A stretch of DNA of 64,000 nt from Nitrospinaceae bacterium UBA7883 (lineage in GTDB: Bacteria; Nitrospinota_A; UBA7883): NCBI GenBank assembly GCA_002500605.1, contig DLRR01000012.1:137265-201264 (forward strand), written 5' to 3'. The notes under the pieces are model-generated. The model made no database searches and was not told the origin of the DNA. It saw nothing but the letters and a program-made list of their open reading frames with translations. This document shows, piece after piece, positions 50,599 to 61,191 of the stretch (position 1 is the first letter of the stretch; every line of letters begins with the position of its first letter). A program made the translations under genes and the position numbers.

Positions 50599-52341
50599 AT
50601 GCTCGATCTAAGTGCCGTCCGCCATTCGGCCGCGCACATAATGGCCGAAGCCATACAAAGGCTATATCCAAAAGCTCAGTTTGCCTACGGACCTGAAACT
50701 GAGGAAGGTTTTTTCTATGATGTGAAAATACCCAACCACTCTCTGGCGAAAGAGGATTTACCCAAAATAGAAAAAATCATGAAAGAAATAGTAAAAGGTA
50801 AACATAAGTTTCACCACGAAAACATTACTCGCGACGAAGCATTAAAACTTTTTGCAGGCCAGAAATACAAAGTGCTAACTTTAACAAACCAACTGGACAA
50901 AGAATCAACAGTGTCAGTATATAGGCAAGGGAATTTTGTCGATCTTTGTCGTGGCCCGCACATTGAACATACTGGGCAAATCAAAGCGTTTAAAGTGAAT
51001 CGTATTGCAGGCTCATATTGGCTTGGTGATTCTTCAAATGAACCACTACAAAGGATATATGGTCTTTGCTTCGACTCAAAAGATGAACTGAAAAATTACA
51101 TCAAACGTATGGAAGAAGCGAGAACCCGTGACCATCGGTTGATTGGTAAACAGTTGAAACTCTTCTCTTGGCACGATGAGGGACCAGGTTTTCCATTCAT
51201 GCTACCTAGGGGTCGAACTATATTTAACCTACTGGTTGAATATAACCGAAAGAAAAATGATGACCGAGGCTATGCTGAGATACACACACCCAGTATGTTG
51301 GTGGAAGAGCTTTGGCGCGTGTCTGGCCACACAGACTATTACCGCGAAAACATGTATTTTAGTGAAGTGGACGACCATCAGTTTGTAATTAAGCCAATGA
51401 ACTGTCCAGGCGGAATTTTAGTTTATAAGGAGGAGCGGCGAAGCTATCGTGAACTCCCCATGCGCGTCGCGGAATTTGGACTAGTTCATCGCCACGAGCT
51501 TTCAGGAGTACTACATGGGCTGTTTAGAGTGCGAGCCTTCACTCAGGATGATGCGCACATCTACTGCGCTATGGAAGATCTGGAAAATGAGCTAGTAAAT
51601 ATAGTTGACTACACATTAGAAGTTTATCGAGACTTTGGGTTCAACGATTACATAATATATATTGCTAATCGACCAAAGAAAGCTATAGGAGATCCAGCAG
51701 TATGGGAAAAAGCAACGCAAACACTCAGAGATGCCCTAGAAGTCAGGGGCCTAGACTACAAGATTAAGGAGGGCGAAGGGGCCTTTTATGGTCCAAAAAT
51801 AGAATTCAACATTAAAGACTGCCTAGGGCGGCTATGGCAACTTGGCACCGTGCAATTGGACTTCTTTTTGCCTAGTCGATTTGGAATGGAATACATTGGA
51901 TCTGATAACCAAACACACACGCCAGCAATGGTGCACCGAGCCATATTCGGCTCACTGGAGCGATTCATTGGTATTTTAATTGAGCATACTAAGGGTGCAT
52001 TTCCAGTATGGATCTCACCGGTCCAAGCAATCATATTACCTATCACGGATGATCAGAATGATTACGCTCAAAGTGTATTGAAACAACTGAAACTCTCAGG
52101 ATTGCGAGTTGAAACTGACACCACTTCGGAACGATTACAAAAAAAGATCAGAAACGCCCAATTACAGAAAATTCCATATATGTTAGTGTGCGGAGAACGT
52201 GAAGCAAATAACAATGAGATTGCTGTACGACTTCGAACTGGTGAAGATCTCGGATCGATGAAGGTTAAAGAGTTCATCAGTAATGCAACCAACATTATCG
52301 AATCGAAAAGTAAAGAACTCTGGAATAAAACTCTAGATTGA
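50599..52341 (+). CDS. thrS: Threonine--tRNA ligase (lacks N-terminal TGS domain)
   Basis: 580 aa. Starts within the editing-domain HxxxH region (RHSAAHIMAEA); class II catalytic core and anticodon-binding domain are present. An AAGGAG RBS lies before the ATG. Confidence 0.9.
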   Translation: MLDLSAVRHSAAHIMAEAIQRLYPKAQFAYGPETEEGFFYDVKIPNHSLAKEDLPKIEKIMKEIVKGKHKFHHENITRDEALKLFAGQKYKVLTLTNQLDKESTVSVYRQGNFVDLCRGPHIEHTGQIKAFKVNRIAGSYWLGDSSNEPLQRIYGLCFDSKDELKNYIKRMEEARTRDHRLIGKQLKLFSWHDEGPGFPFMLPRGRTIFNLLVEYNRKKNDDRGYAEIHTPSMLVEELWRVSGHTDYYRENMYFSEVDDHQFVIKPMNCPGGILVYKEERRSYRELPMRVAEFGLVHRHELSGVLHGLFRVRAFTQDDAHIYCAMEDLENELVNIVDYTLEVYRDFGFNDYIIYIANRPKKAIGDPAVWEKATQTLRDALEVRGLDYKIKEGEGAFYGPKIEFNIKDCLGRLWQLGTVQLDFFLPSRFGMEYIGSDNQTHTPAMVHRAIFGSLERFIGILIEHTKGAFPVWISPVQAIILPITDDQNDYAQSVLKQLKLSGLRVETDTTSERLQKKIRNAQLQKIPYMLVCGEREANNNEIAVRLRTGEDLGSMKVKEFISNATNIIESKSKELWNKTLD

Positions 52342-52853
52342 GGAAAAATCTACAAATGGCAAAAGATCAGTCTTTCGACATTGTTTGTAAAGTAGACATG
52401 CCAGAAGTTTTAAATGCTGTTAATCAGACGACTGCTGAGATCAAGCAACGCTATGATTTTAAAGATACTAAAACTGAAGTATCACTTGATATAAAATCCA
52501 GTTTAATCAATATTCTAGGCCAGAGTGAACCACAGTTAAAAACAATCATCGATATCTTGCAATCAAAGCTGATCAAACGTAAAGTGCCCATTAAGGTACT
52601 TCAGTATGGCAAACCTGAGGTTGCATCAGGAGGCATGGTCAGGCAATCCATTACACTACAGCAAGGTATACCATCGGAAAAAGCAAAAGAAATTGTGCAA
52701 CTTACTAAAAAAATGAAAATAAAGGTCCAGACTAGTATTCAAGACAACCAGGTACGAGTAGCGGGCAAAAAACGTGATGATCTGCAAAATGTTATGAAAA
52801 TGTTGAAAGAACATGATTTGGGAATTCATATGTCATTTAGTAACTATAGGTAA
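52338..52853 (+). CDS. yajQ: YajQ-family (UPF0234) nucleotide/c-di-GMP-binding protein
   Basis: 171 aa. N-terminus SFDIVCKVDMPEVLNAVNQTTAEIKQRYDFKDT is highly characteristic. Confidence 0.8.
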   Translation: MRKNLQMAKDQSFDIVCKVDMPEVLNAVNQTTAEIKQRYDFKDTKTEVSLDIKSSLINILGQSEPQLKTIIDILQSKLIKRKVPIKVLQYGKPEVASGGMVRQSITLQQGIPSEKAKEIVQLTKKMKIKVQTSIQDNQVRVAGKKRDDLQNVMKMLKEHDLGIHMSFSNYR

Positions 52854-52910
52854 TATTGATTTAGCCATTGTTAGAATAATCTATTACGCCTGAGTACTAC
52901 CAAAAAAATT

Positions 52911-53702
52911 ATGCGTCGTCTTTTTTGCGTTGCCGCATTTTCAAACACTCCCCAATCTGGAAACCCTGCGGGTGTATGTATTTTAACCGAACCAATGGAC
53001 AGTGAGGCCATGCAGAACTTGGCCAAGGAAATGAGCTTCTCGGAAATATCTTTTGCAGAAAAGCTGGGTGTAGACCGGTACCGGCTTCGTATATTCGCGC
53101 CGCGTAAAGAAGTTGATCTTTGCGGGCATGCAACTCTGGCAACAGCCCATATCTTATGGGAAACAGGCAATGTACTAACAGAATCAATAATTTTTGAGAC
53201 GAGATCTGGTGAGTTGAAAGCTTTTAAAAGGGATACGAGGATTCGTGTTGATCTCCCGCTGTCAAAACCAATTGTGGCAATCCCCCCTGATGGAATGCTA
53301 GGAGCTTTGGGACTAGCTCATTTTACTGAGGCATTTAAAGGAGCAGATGACTATGTGTTCGTTATTGATGAAGAGAAGGCCTTAGAGAAACTTAGCCCAG
53401 ATTTTGCTTCCATTTCAAAAATAAGATGCCGTGGAGTGGCAATAACAGCTCCGGCTAATGATATAAATACAGACTTCGTGTCACGATGTTTCTACCCAAG
53501 CTTGGGCATTAACGAAGATCCTGTCACTGGCTCCGCCCATTGCATTCTTGGCCCTTACTGGGCAAATAGGCTTGGAAAAAATAATTTGCTAGCTCGACAG
53601 ATTTCAGAGCGTGGTGGTTCTATGGAAGTCGAAGTCACAAATACACAAGTTTATCTAACAAGTTCAGCCGTCACCATATGGGAAGGTACAATCAAGGGAT
53701 AG
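52911..53702 (+). CDS. PhzF-family isomerase-like protein
   Basis: 263 aa PhzF/DAP-epimerase-like fold (FSNTPQSGNPAGV...DPVTGSAHCIL). Confidence 0.8.
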   Translation: MRRLFCVAAFSNTPQSGNPAGVCILTEPMDSEAMQNLAKEMSFSEISFAEKLGVDRYRLRIFAPRKEVDLCGHATLATAHILWETGNVLTESIIFETRSGELKAFKRDTRIRVDLPLSKPIVAIPPDGMLGALGLAHFTEAFKGADDYVFVIDEEKALEKLSPDFASISKIRCRGVAITAPANDINTDFVSRCFYPSLGINEDPVTGSAHCILGPYWANRLGKNNLLARQISERGGSMEVEVTNTQVYLTSSAVTIWEGTIKG

Positions 53703-53703
53703 C

Positions 53704-55098
53704 TCAGCCTCCCTTTCTATTTGGCAAGTCAATACCAAGTTTCTTTATTTTATACCAAATACTTCTCTCTGAGATACTAAGAGAATCAGCTGCCCGGTTC
53801 TGTCGCCAGCCATGCTTTTCCAATGCAGAGGTTATCAACCCCTTTTCAAACTCCGCAACCTGATCTTCCAGTGATTCACCATTGCTAGAAATTGTACTAT
53901 GGGAGGTAATATCTCCGTGCTCTTCATTGAGTTGTCCGTTCATGTAGGATGGCAAGTGTGAAGGTTGGATGACATCTTCATCACACATAACAATGGATCG
54001 TTCAATCGCATTTTGAAGTTCACGTGCATTTCCTGGCCATACATAAGACATAAAGCACTCCATCGTTTCCTTTGAAAGTGTTTTGGGCTTAATTCTATTT
54101 TCGTCGCTAATCTTTTTTAGAAAATGTTCAACCAAGTCTGGAATATCGGCTTGTCGTTCTCGCAAGGATGTTATCGGAATTACAATCACATTAATACGAA
54201 AAAATAGGTCTTGGCGAAACTTCTTTTCTTTAATAGCTACGCCTAGATCAATGTTCGTTGCTGCAAGAATTCGAATATCTATTTTACGAGTTATTACGCT
54301 GCCAACTCTTTCTATCTCTCTCTCCTGCATGGCACGTAAAACTTTAGCCTGAGTGTCAATCGCCATATCCCCAACTTCATCCAAGAAAAGAGTCCCTCCA
54401 TCTGCCCTTTCGAACTTCCCAGCCCTAGCATCAACGCCAGTAGCAACATTTTTTTCTATCCCAAAAAGCTCTGCCTCCAACAGCGACTCTGTCAATGCCG
54501 AACAGTTAACCTTTATAAAAGGTCCTTCAGCTCTATCAGAATTGTTGTGAATTGCCTTTGCAACTAACTCTTTTCCAACCCCTGTCTCACCTGTAATGAG
54601 AACATTCGAACGGACCTTTGATGATCGCAAGATAAGGTCAAATACTTCTTGCATTTTCTTGGATGAGCCAATTATATCTCTGACTTTATACTTATTGATT
54701 AAACTGTTTTTCAAGTCCTTATTTTCAACATGCAGGCTATGATTTTTTAGTGCATTTGCGAGGTTTATATAAAGCTCATCTGGGTCCACCGGCTTGACCA
54801 AATAGTTAAACGCACCTTTTCTAATTGCCTCTACAGCAACCTTAATATCACGTGATGCAGTAAGGATTATCACTGGCAAATTCAAGTCCACTGACTGAAA
54901 TTGCTTCATTACCTCTAGTCCAGTGATATCCGGCATGAAGTAGTCTAAAATAGCTGCGGAAAACCTCCCGGGCTCCATTTCTCTTTCAGCATCTTTGAAT
55001 GTTAGGCAACATGTAACGTCAAACTTCTTCAATAGCAATAGTTGTTCCACCATCTTAAGAGTCTGAAGGTCATCGTCTACAACTAGTATCCTATCCAT
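53704..55098 (-). CDS. Sigma-54-dependent two-component response regulator (NtrC family)
   Basis: 464 aa with REC domain (ILVVDDD..., phospho-Asp in ILDYFMPD), AAA+ sigma54-activation domain (GETGVGKELVA, GAFTGA-like ESLLEAELFG) and a C-terminal Fis-type HTH. Confidence 0.85.
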   Translation of the reverse strand: MDRILVVDDDLQTLKMVEQLLLLKKFDVTCCLTFKDAEREMEPGRFSAAILDYFMPDITGLEVMKQFQSVDLNLPVIILTASRDIKVAVEAIRKGAFNYLVKPVDPDELYINLANALKNHSLHVENKDLKNSLINKYKVRDIIGSSKKMQEVFDLILRSSKVRSNVLITGETGVGKELVAKAIHNNSDRAEGPFIKVNCSALTESLLEAELFGIEKNVATGVDARAGKFERADGGTLFLDEVGDMAIDTQAKVLRAMQEREIERVGSVITRKIDIRILAATNIDLGVAIKEKKFRQDLFFRINVIVIPITSLRERQADIPDLVEHFLKKISDENRIKPKTLSKETMECFMSYVWPGNARELQNAIERSIVMCDEDVIQPSHLPSYMNGQLNEEHGDITSHSTISSNGESLEDQVAEFEKGLITSALEKHGWRQNRAADSLSISERSIWYKIKKLGIDLPNRKGG

Positions 55099-55106
55099 AC
55101 AGCCCC

Positions 55107-56858
55107 TTACAAAGCTGAAGCAAACATACCATTGACCTTAGCCTTATCAGCCAATGTCTTAGGCCATCTAAGTTTCACCTCAAACCCATGTCCTATATCC
55201 GACTGAATGTTGACATGACCATTATGAAGCTCAATTATCTTTTTCACTGAGGGGAGGCCCAGTCCCACACCTTTTATACGAGATTTAACTTGGTAGTATT
55301 CATCAAAAAGTTTGGGGCAAAGCTTCGCTTCAACACCATCGCCATCATCTTTAAATATGACTCCTATTTCAGTGTCTGAGCTAAGTACAGTTATCTTTAT
55401 CGTAGAATGTGCATGTTTTATAGCATTACCTATTAGATTAATAAAAACCCTCTCAATCTGTGTTACATCTAAATCAACAGGTATTGGATCCCCATACTGA
55501 CATTTTTCCTTGTTTACAGTTTTTCCATTTATCTCCACTTTAGTTTTTCGCATCGCAAACTCTGGTAAATATACAGATAAAGCTGATACTAGAGGAGTAT
55601 AGATATCACACCTCGAAATATCTAGTGACAGCTTTCCTGATTTTATTTTGGCGTAAACCAAAATATCTTCGGTAAAACGTGTAATTTTCTCTGTAGCTTT
55701 TATTATGTTTCCTGCAATATAGTTTATATCTTTTTTCGCAGTGTCGTCTGCCATCGCACTAAGAATTTTAGCAAAACCATCTACCGGACTTATAAGTGAC
55801 AGAAGGTCGTGGGTTAACGAAAAATACAACTGTTCCTTCTCAGCCTCCCTTTCTGTTATCTGTTCAAAAAGCCGTGCGTTCTCTACAGCCACTGCACACT
55901 GGTTTGCAACCGCTTTTAAAAGAAACACAGAATCTTCACCATACAGTTGTTTCTTGCTGTAACTTTGCACCGAAACAACTCCTACAACTTGATCTTTGAA
56001 AATCATAGGCGCTCCTAGCCATGATTTCGCTGGACGGCCGCCATGACGTATGCCGAGCCTTACACATTCCTTTTCTGTGTCGTCGGTCATTAACAACGGT
56101 TTTTTGTTTTTAATTATCCAGCTGTTTATGCCGTTCGAAAGTTGATAAACTTCCGGTCGATCTAAGTCTGACCCATCAGAAAAGTAACTTGCCAAAAATG
56201 ATAGTTCTCGCCGATTGTTATCATATGTAATAACGTTTACCTCATCAGTTTCTAAAACTGTCCCTAGCGTAGAAACAATCTCTTTAACCATGTCTTTCAG
56301 ATTAAGCTTGGATGTTATCAAACCCCCTATGGTGTTGACAGTATGCATGTCTTTAGCACGCTGTCGGTCAAATACAATTGCTTTTACCCTGTCTGTTGCC
56401 AAACCGACATGTTCTAGCATCGTTTCTAAAAGTGCGATTGATTTGTGATTTTTCTCCAACGGCTGTCGTGACAAAACCAGAAATAGTCCTAGCTTATCTT
56501 CTCCGGAGATTATGGGAGCGCATAGCCCCGAAACAAAACCTGAATCACGGCAAAGCCCGTTTGGTAAAGAGTCAAAAAAGGTAATAGTTCTTTCTTTAAC
56601 AGTTGAAAGGCACGCACATTGAGTAGCATTTGGCCATTCAAAGCAAAGTTTAGCGCCCCCACTAGAAACATCTGCTCTAATCCCATTTTCCCCTGTGTTA
56701 ATACTTATGGCTATAGCACAGTTGCTAAACTCCGGCAACTCACTAAGTCCAGCAACAACATGTTTAAGAGCTGTTTCAAGATGCTCTGGTGTGCTAGCAC
56801 TGTTCAAAGGAGTTGCCCAGCGGCGAAGCCACATAATATATTTGATATCAGATTCCAT
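55107..56858 (-). CDS. Cytoplasmic sensor histidine kinase with tandem GAF domains
   Basis: About 583 aa with no TM segment. Two GAF-like regions, an H-box SLTHDLLSLISPV, and HATPase motifs (NLIGNAIKH, DDGDG, GVGLGL). The probable ATG at 56856-58 forms an ATGA overlap with the upstream nucleosidase stop; the ORF track shows a TTG start at 56861. Confidence 0.8.
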   Translation of the reverse strand: MESDIKYIMWLRRWATPLNSASTPEHLETALKHVVAGLSELPEFSNCAIAISINTGENGIRADVSSGGAKLCFEWPNATQCACLSTVKERTITFFDSLPNGLCRDSGFVSGLCAPIISGEDKLGLFLVLSRQPLEKNHKSIALLETMLEHVGLATDRVKAIVFDRQRAKDMHTVNTIGGLITSKLNLKDMVKEIVSTLGTVLETDEVNVITYDNNRRELSFLASYFSDGSDLDRPEVYQLSNGINSWIIKNKKPLLMTDDTEKECVRLGIRHGGRPAKSWLGAPMIFKDQVVGVVSVQSYSKKQLYGEDSVFLLKAVANQCAVAVENARLFEQITEREAEKEQLYFSLTHDLLSLISPVDGFAKILSAMADDTAKKDINYIAGNIIKATEKITRFTEDILVYAKIKSGKLSLDISRCDIYTPLVSALSVYLPEFAMRKTKVEINGKTVNKEKCQYGDPIPVDLDVTQIERVFINLIGNAIKHAHSTIKITVLSSDTEIGVIFKDDGDGVEAKLCPKLFDEYYQVKSRIKGVGLGLPSVKKIIELHNGHVNIQSDIGHGFEVKLRWPKTLADKAKVNGMFASAL

Positions 56859-57589
56859 CAAACTTCCCTCCCTACATCAGGCATTGCCTCCGTTGTTGCC
56901 CAATGGTCAATCATCATTCTTATTACGCCTGCATTATTTCGTGCTGCTGGTAAAGCGTGTTTTAAGAACTGATCCTTCGCCACCCTATCTTTCCAATCAA
57001 AACCATTTTTTTTATCCATGAATTGACCTAACTGGCAATCAATTTCATCGGTTATAGCCCTTACAACAAGACTACTAATTCCATTTTCTAGCGCTACATT
57101 AGCGATTGACCACGACTCCATATCAACTATTACTGCTCCATCTTTCGCAGCAAGCTTTTTATCCGCACTATTAAACGGTCTATCTACTTGTAAACATTTA
57201 CCACCTACTGATATGTTGGGGCTATTAAGAAGGTTGGAATTAATTGTAGCTAATTTTAGTGGTGTTGAATCTTTTCCATAGAGCCCCACGCTGTCAACAA
57301 CCACTACCTGCCCAATTTTTAAAGTTGGTTCAACGGCCCCGGCAAATCCAAAGTTCACAATTTTACTCGGATTAAACTCACCCACAGTCAGAAGTGCGGC
57401 CTTGTTTGCCGCCTCCATTCCAACACCACCAACAACTACTATAATTGGGGTCGACTTGTGTTCACATCGGTAGATATGTATCCCTTTATGTGATTTTCTG
57501 TCTATACTAGTAAAATTATTTAGAACTGGCTCAGCTTCAATAGCCAATGCACATATTAGAACAGTTGTTTTTCTAGATTCGCTACACAT
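56858..57589 (-). CDS. PNP/UDP-1 family nucleosidase (MTA/SAH nucleosidase or futalosine hydrolase MqnB-like)
   Basis: 243 aa with phosphate/ribose-binding motifs FGFAGAV and VDMESWSIA typical of MTAN/MqnB nucleosidases. Translationally coupled to the histidine kinase. Confidence 0.6.
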   Translation of the reverse strand: MCSESRKTTVLICALAIEAEPVLNNFTSIDRKSHKGIHIYRCEHKSTPIIVVVGGVGMEAANKAALLTVGEFNPSKIVNFGFAGAVEPTLKIGQVVVVDSVGLYGKDSTPLKLATINSNLLNSPNISVGGKCLQVDRPFNSADKKLAAKDGAVIVDMESWSIANVALENGISSLVVRAITDEIDCQLGQFMDKKNGFDWKDRVAKDQFLKHALPAARNNAGVIRMMIDHWATTEAMPDVGREV

Positions 57590-57741
57590 TAGTCGACTAT
57601 TTGATATATTTATATGATAATTAATAAATATTAATATATCAATTAAAAAAACTTTGCCCTATGTGTTGCCCCGCCACTTAGCAATTGTGGCACTTTTAGC
57701 TATCCCGTCAGACTATTTACAGTTGGGGCACTATCGTTGAT

Positions 57742-58245
57742 TTGCATTTAATCAAAAATTATATTAACGTTAAATTACCGGTTTATTGGAATAAAACATC
57801 ATTGTCTATGAAAATTGATTGCGCTTCCTTTTCGAGAAGACTCTTTGCATACATTTTTGATAACATATTAGCCTTTTCCATTACTTTCATGTTATCTGGC
57901 TTTGCAGTTAATTATAGTAGTCTTGATTTGCAACAAGTTAGAATATTAGACCTACTTTATATAGCCATTTACACATGGCTTTTACATAACATTGTCTGTC
58001 TAGGATATTTTACCCTTACAATAGGAGGATGGGGCCTTACAGTAGGAAAATTGATCATGGGGATAAAGGTAATCAGAAAAGAAAAAATATCAGAGATTTC
58101 ATATTTAATAGCTTTTATAAGAGCATTTGGATACCTAGTGAGCAGTATAATTTTCTACCTTGGTTTCTTGTGGGCTTTAGTTGATAGAAATCACCAGACT
58201 CTCCACGACAAATTTGCCAGTACGGTTGTTGTGGAAATAGAGTAG
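57742..58245 (+). CDS. RDD-family membrane protein
   Basis: 167 aa (start may be the ATG at 57808). TM helices and the RDD signature (...LVDRNHQTLHDKFASTVVV). Confidence 0.65.
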   Translation: MHLIKNYINVKLPVYWNKTSLSMKIDCASFSRRLFAYIFDNILAFSITFMLSGFAVNYSSLDLQQVRILDLLYIAIYTWLLHNIVCLGYFTLTIGGWGLTVGKLIMGIKVIRKEKISEISYLIAFIRAFGYLVSSIIFYLGFLWALVDRNHQTLHDKFASTVVVEIE

Positions 58246-58342
58246 CCCCATCGCTATAATCTAGTGCTTGTTTGCCGAAAAATAAACAACCTATTGAACC
58301 TTGTCTAAAGGTATATAGGAAAAAATGGAGTTTAGCTGAAAA

Positions 58343-59485
58343 ATGAAAAAGCGATATCTCATCTCTCCGGGCCCTACTCCCGTTCCTGAGGATGTGTTGC
58401 TAGAAATGGCAAAACCAATGATACACCATAGGACTACACAATTTTCAGCCATTTTCAAGGAATGCGCCGAAGGGTTAAAAAATCTTTTTAAAACAAAAAA
58501 CACCGTCATGATGCTTGCTTCATCTGGCACGGGAGCTATGGACGCCTCCGTCTCAAACATTTTTACAAAAGGTGATACAGCCCTAGTGATAAATGGAGGG
58601 AAGTTTGGGGAACGATGGGAAAAAATTTGTAGGGCCTACGGGCTGAATGTGGAGGTGGTTAATGTTGAGTGGGGCGAGGCAGTTGATGTCGATATCATAA
58701 GAAAGAAACTTGCCGCCAATCCAAGCATTGCCGGTGTTTTTACCCAAGGATCAGAAACTTCAACAACGGCTGCCCATCCGATTAAGGAGATAGCTGCACT
58801 AACAAAGGACACCGACACATTACTTATAGTCGATGGCATAACAGCTGTTGGAGTGTATGATCTTCCCATGGATAATTGGGGCATAGATGTTTTATTGACA
58901 GGGTCGCAAAAGGCATTAATGTTGCCACCTGGCCTTGCTTTCATAGCTCTGTCGGATAAGGCTTGGGAAAAATCGGAAAACTGCAATCTACCACATTTTT
59001 ATATAGACCTTAATAAAGAGAGAGAGGCTATCAGCAAAGATACATCTGCCTTTACACCAGCAGTGTCACTGATCGTCGGGCTTCGCAAGGTCTTGCAGAT
59101 GCTAGAAAATGAAGGTTACGAAAACGTTTATAAACGCCACGATGCTCTGGCACGTGCAGCAAGGGCAGGCGCAGAAGCGTTAGGATTAAGGTTACTTGCT
59201 CCTAACTCCCCGTCCAACGCTGCCACAGGGCTATTCGTTCCATCAGGAGTAGACGGAGGCAAGGTTGTTAAAGAATTAAGAGAAAACTATGGCGTCACTT
59301 TTGCTGGCGGGCAAGACCAGCTAAAAGGAAAGATTGTTCGTATAGCCCATCTTGGATATTTTGACTCGTTTGATATTATTATAGCAATTTCAGCATTGGA
59401 AATGGCATTTTCCAATCATGGTGCCGATATCAACTATGGCGCTGGTGTGGCAGCTGCTCAGGCTATCCTGAACGAAAGGTACTAA
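58343..59485 (+). CDS. Class V aminotransferase (serine-glyoxylate/AGXT family), probable phosphoserine aminotransferase given its position upstream of serA
   Basis: 380 aa. PLP-Lys region LLTGSQKALMLPPG; the gene is followed by serA. Confidence 0.7.
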   Translation: MKKRYLISPGPTPVPEDVLLEMAKPMIHHRTTQFSAIFKECAEGLKNLFKTKNTVMMLASSGTGAMDASVSNIFTKGDTALVINGGKFGERWEKICRAYGLNVEVVNVEWGEAVDVDIIRKKLAANPSIAGVFTQGSETSTTAAHPIKEIAALTKDTDTLLIVDGITAVGVYDLPMDNWGIDVLLTGSQKALMLPPGLAFIALSDKAWEKSENCNLPHFYIDLNKEREAISKDTSAFTPAVSLIVGLRKVLQMLENEGYENVYKRHDALARAARAGAEALGLRLLAPNSPSNAATGLFVPSGVDGGKVVKELRENYGVTFAGGQDQLKGKIVRIAHLGYFDSFDIIIAISALEMAFSNHGADINYGAGVAAAQAILNERY

Positions 59486-59534
59486 ATAAGTTAGGCCTTG
59501 TGCCTAGATAAAACAAACTTTAAAAAGGTAAAAA

Positions 59535-61127
59535 ATGAGTATAGCTAAAGTACTTGTTAGCGACAAGCTATCTGAAAATGGAATCAAAATTCTTCGGGAC
59601 ACTCCAGGAATAGAAGTAGACGTTAAGACTGGGATGAGCCCAGATGAACTATTACAAGTAATACCGCAATATAACGGACTAATCATTCGATCGGCCACTA
59701 AAGTTACGACCGAAGTTCTGGATGCGGCTACCAACCTTAAGGTAGTCGGACGCGCAGGTATTGGAGTTGATAACGTTGACATAAAAGCTGCTTCTGCTAA
59801 GGGAGTAGTCGTAATGAACACACCAGGTGGAAATACCAATACAACCGCTGAGCATGCCATAAGCATGATGATGGCTCTATGCCGCCAAATTCCTCAGGCA
59901 ACGGCCTCAGTAAAAGGTGGAAAGTGGGAAAAGAAGAGGTTCATGGGCATGGAACTTTTCAACAAGACCCTTGGAGTTGTTGGTATAGGTCGTATAGGAT
60001 CAATTGTTGTTGCTAGGGCCAGAGGATTAGCGATGAAGGTTATAGCCTTTGATCCATTTATTTCTGATGAAGCCGCTGAAAAAATGGCTGTTGAAAAAGT
60101 GACACTAGATGATCTTTTCGCTAGAGCAGATATAATTTCCTGCCATACCCCTCTTACTGATGAAACCAGACACATTATAGGTGACGAGGCTTTCGCAAAA
60201 ATGAAAGATGGTGTGCGAATAATAAACTGTGCCCGTGGTGGGATTGTTGATGAAACTGCACTAGCAAAGGCAATCAAGTCCGGAAAGGTGGCTGGAGCAG
60301 CGATAGATGTTTTTGAAACGGAACCACCGGACCCTGAGCTTGAACTTTTAGAAATGGAAGAGGTAATATTTACTCCACACCTCGGCGCTTCGACAAGCGA
60401 GGCTCAGGAAAAAGTTGCTTTAGCTGTTGCCGAACAGTTTGTGGAATTTTTCAATAATGGGATGATAATAAACGCCATAAACATGCCACAAATTGACCCA
60501 GAACAGTTAGCAAAGGTGAGACCTTATCTTTCACTTGCAGAACAGATGGGAGCGTTTACTGCCCAAATTGCCGAAGGTGGGCTAAAAAGAGTACAGATTG
60601 AATATATGGGTGAATTGTCCAATGTGGATCAGAGGCCAATTACCCAGGCAATCTTAAAAGGCATACTGACTTGTTATGTTGGACCATCTGTTAATTTAGT
60701 TAACGCACCATACCTAGCTGACTCAAGAGGTGTTACTGTTTCAGCAGCCACCAGCTCAGTTAAACGAAACTTTGCATCCCTTCTTGGATTGCGATTAATC
60801 ACTGAAACTGATGATGTTTACGTGGAAGGCACCGTATTTATTAGTGGAAAGCCTCGTCTGGTTAAACTGCAGGAAGTAATAATAGAAGCCCAACTCGAAG
60901 GGAACATGATTATTTTCACTAATGATGATAAACCGGGAGTAATAGGTAATGTTGGAGCATACTTAGGGGATGCTGGAGTAAACATTGCCGCTTTTCACCT
61001 TGGTAGGGAGAGCGTTGGAGGCAGAGCCATATCGATAGTAAATGTGGATCAGCAGCCAACTCAAAGTCAACTAAGTGAGCTAGGTAAAATTGAAAATATT
61101 ATTGATGTTAAGTTAGCCAGCCTTTAG
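59535..61127 (+). CDS. serA: D-3-phosphoglycerate dehydrogenase
   Basis: 530 aa with the 2-hydroxyacid dehydrogenase NAD Rossmann ([13 protein letters not shown]) and catalytic His/Glu, plus a C-terminal ASB and ACT regulatory domain. Confidence 0.9.
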   Translation: MSIAKVLVSDKLSENGIKILRDTPGIEVDVKTGMSPDELLQVIPQYNGLIIRSATKVTTEVLDAATNLKVVGRAGIGVDNVDIKAASAKGVVVMNTPGGNTNTTAEHAISMMMALCRQIPQATASVKGGKWEKKRFMGMELFNKTLGVVGIGRIGSIVVARARGLAMKVIAFDPFISDEAAEKMAVEKVTLDDLFARADIISCHTPLTDETRHIIGDEAFAKMKDGVRIINCARGGIVDETALAKAIKSGKVAGAAIDVFETEPPDPELELLEMEEVIFTPHLGASTSEAQEKVALAVAEQFVEFFNNGMIINAINMPQIDPEQLAKVRPYLSLAEQMGAFTAQIAEGGLKRVQIEYMGELSNVDQRPITQAILKGILTCYVGPSVNLVNAPYLADSRGVTVSAATSSVKRNFASLLGLRLITETDDVYVEGTVFISGKPRLVKLQEVIIEAQLEGNMIIFTNDDKPGVIGNVGAYLGDAGVNIAAFHLGRESVGGRAISIVNVDQQPTQSQLSELGKIENIIDVKLASL

Positions 61128-61191
61128 TTAGCTTAAGTTAAGCTAATTAAATTCTATGACAAAATGATTGTTCTCACTTAAGGGGGAGGTA

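Noticed and set aside
53698-53708. Convergent phzF and sigma54-RR genes whose stop codons are separated by 1 nt
   Set aside because: This is tight packing with no space for terminators on either side. It is curious, but there is no further signal to interpret.
57685-57705. TGGCAC hexamer upstream of the RDD gene as a possible sigma54 -24 element
   Set aside because: The spacing from GG to the downstream GC is 8 nt rather than the 10 nt required for a -24/-12 promoter. A similar TGGCA at ~45425 also has wrong spacing and a TTGT rather than TTGC -12 element. Neither is convincing.
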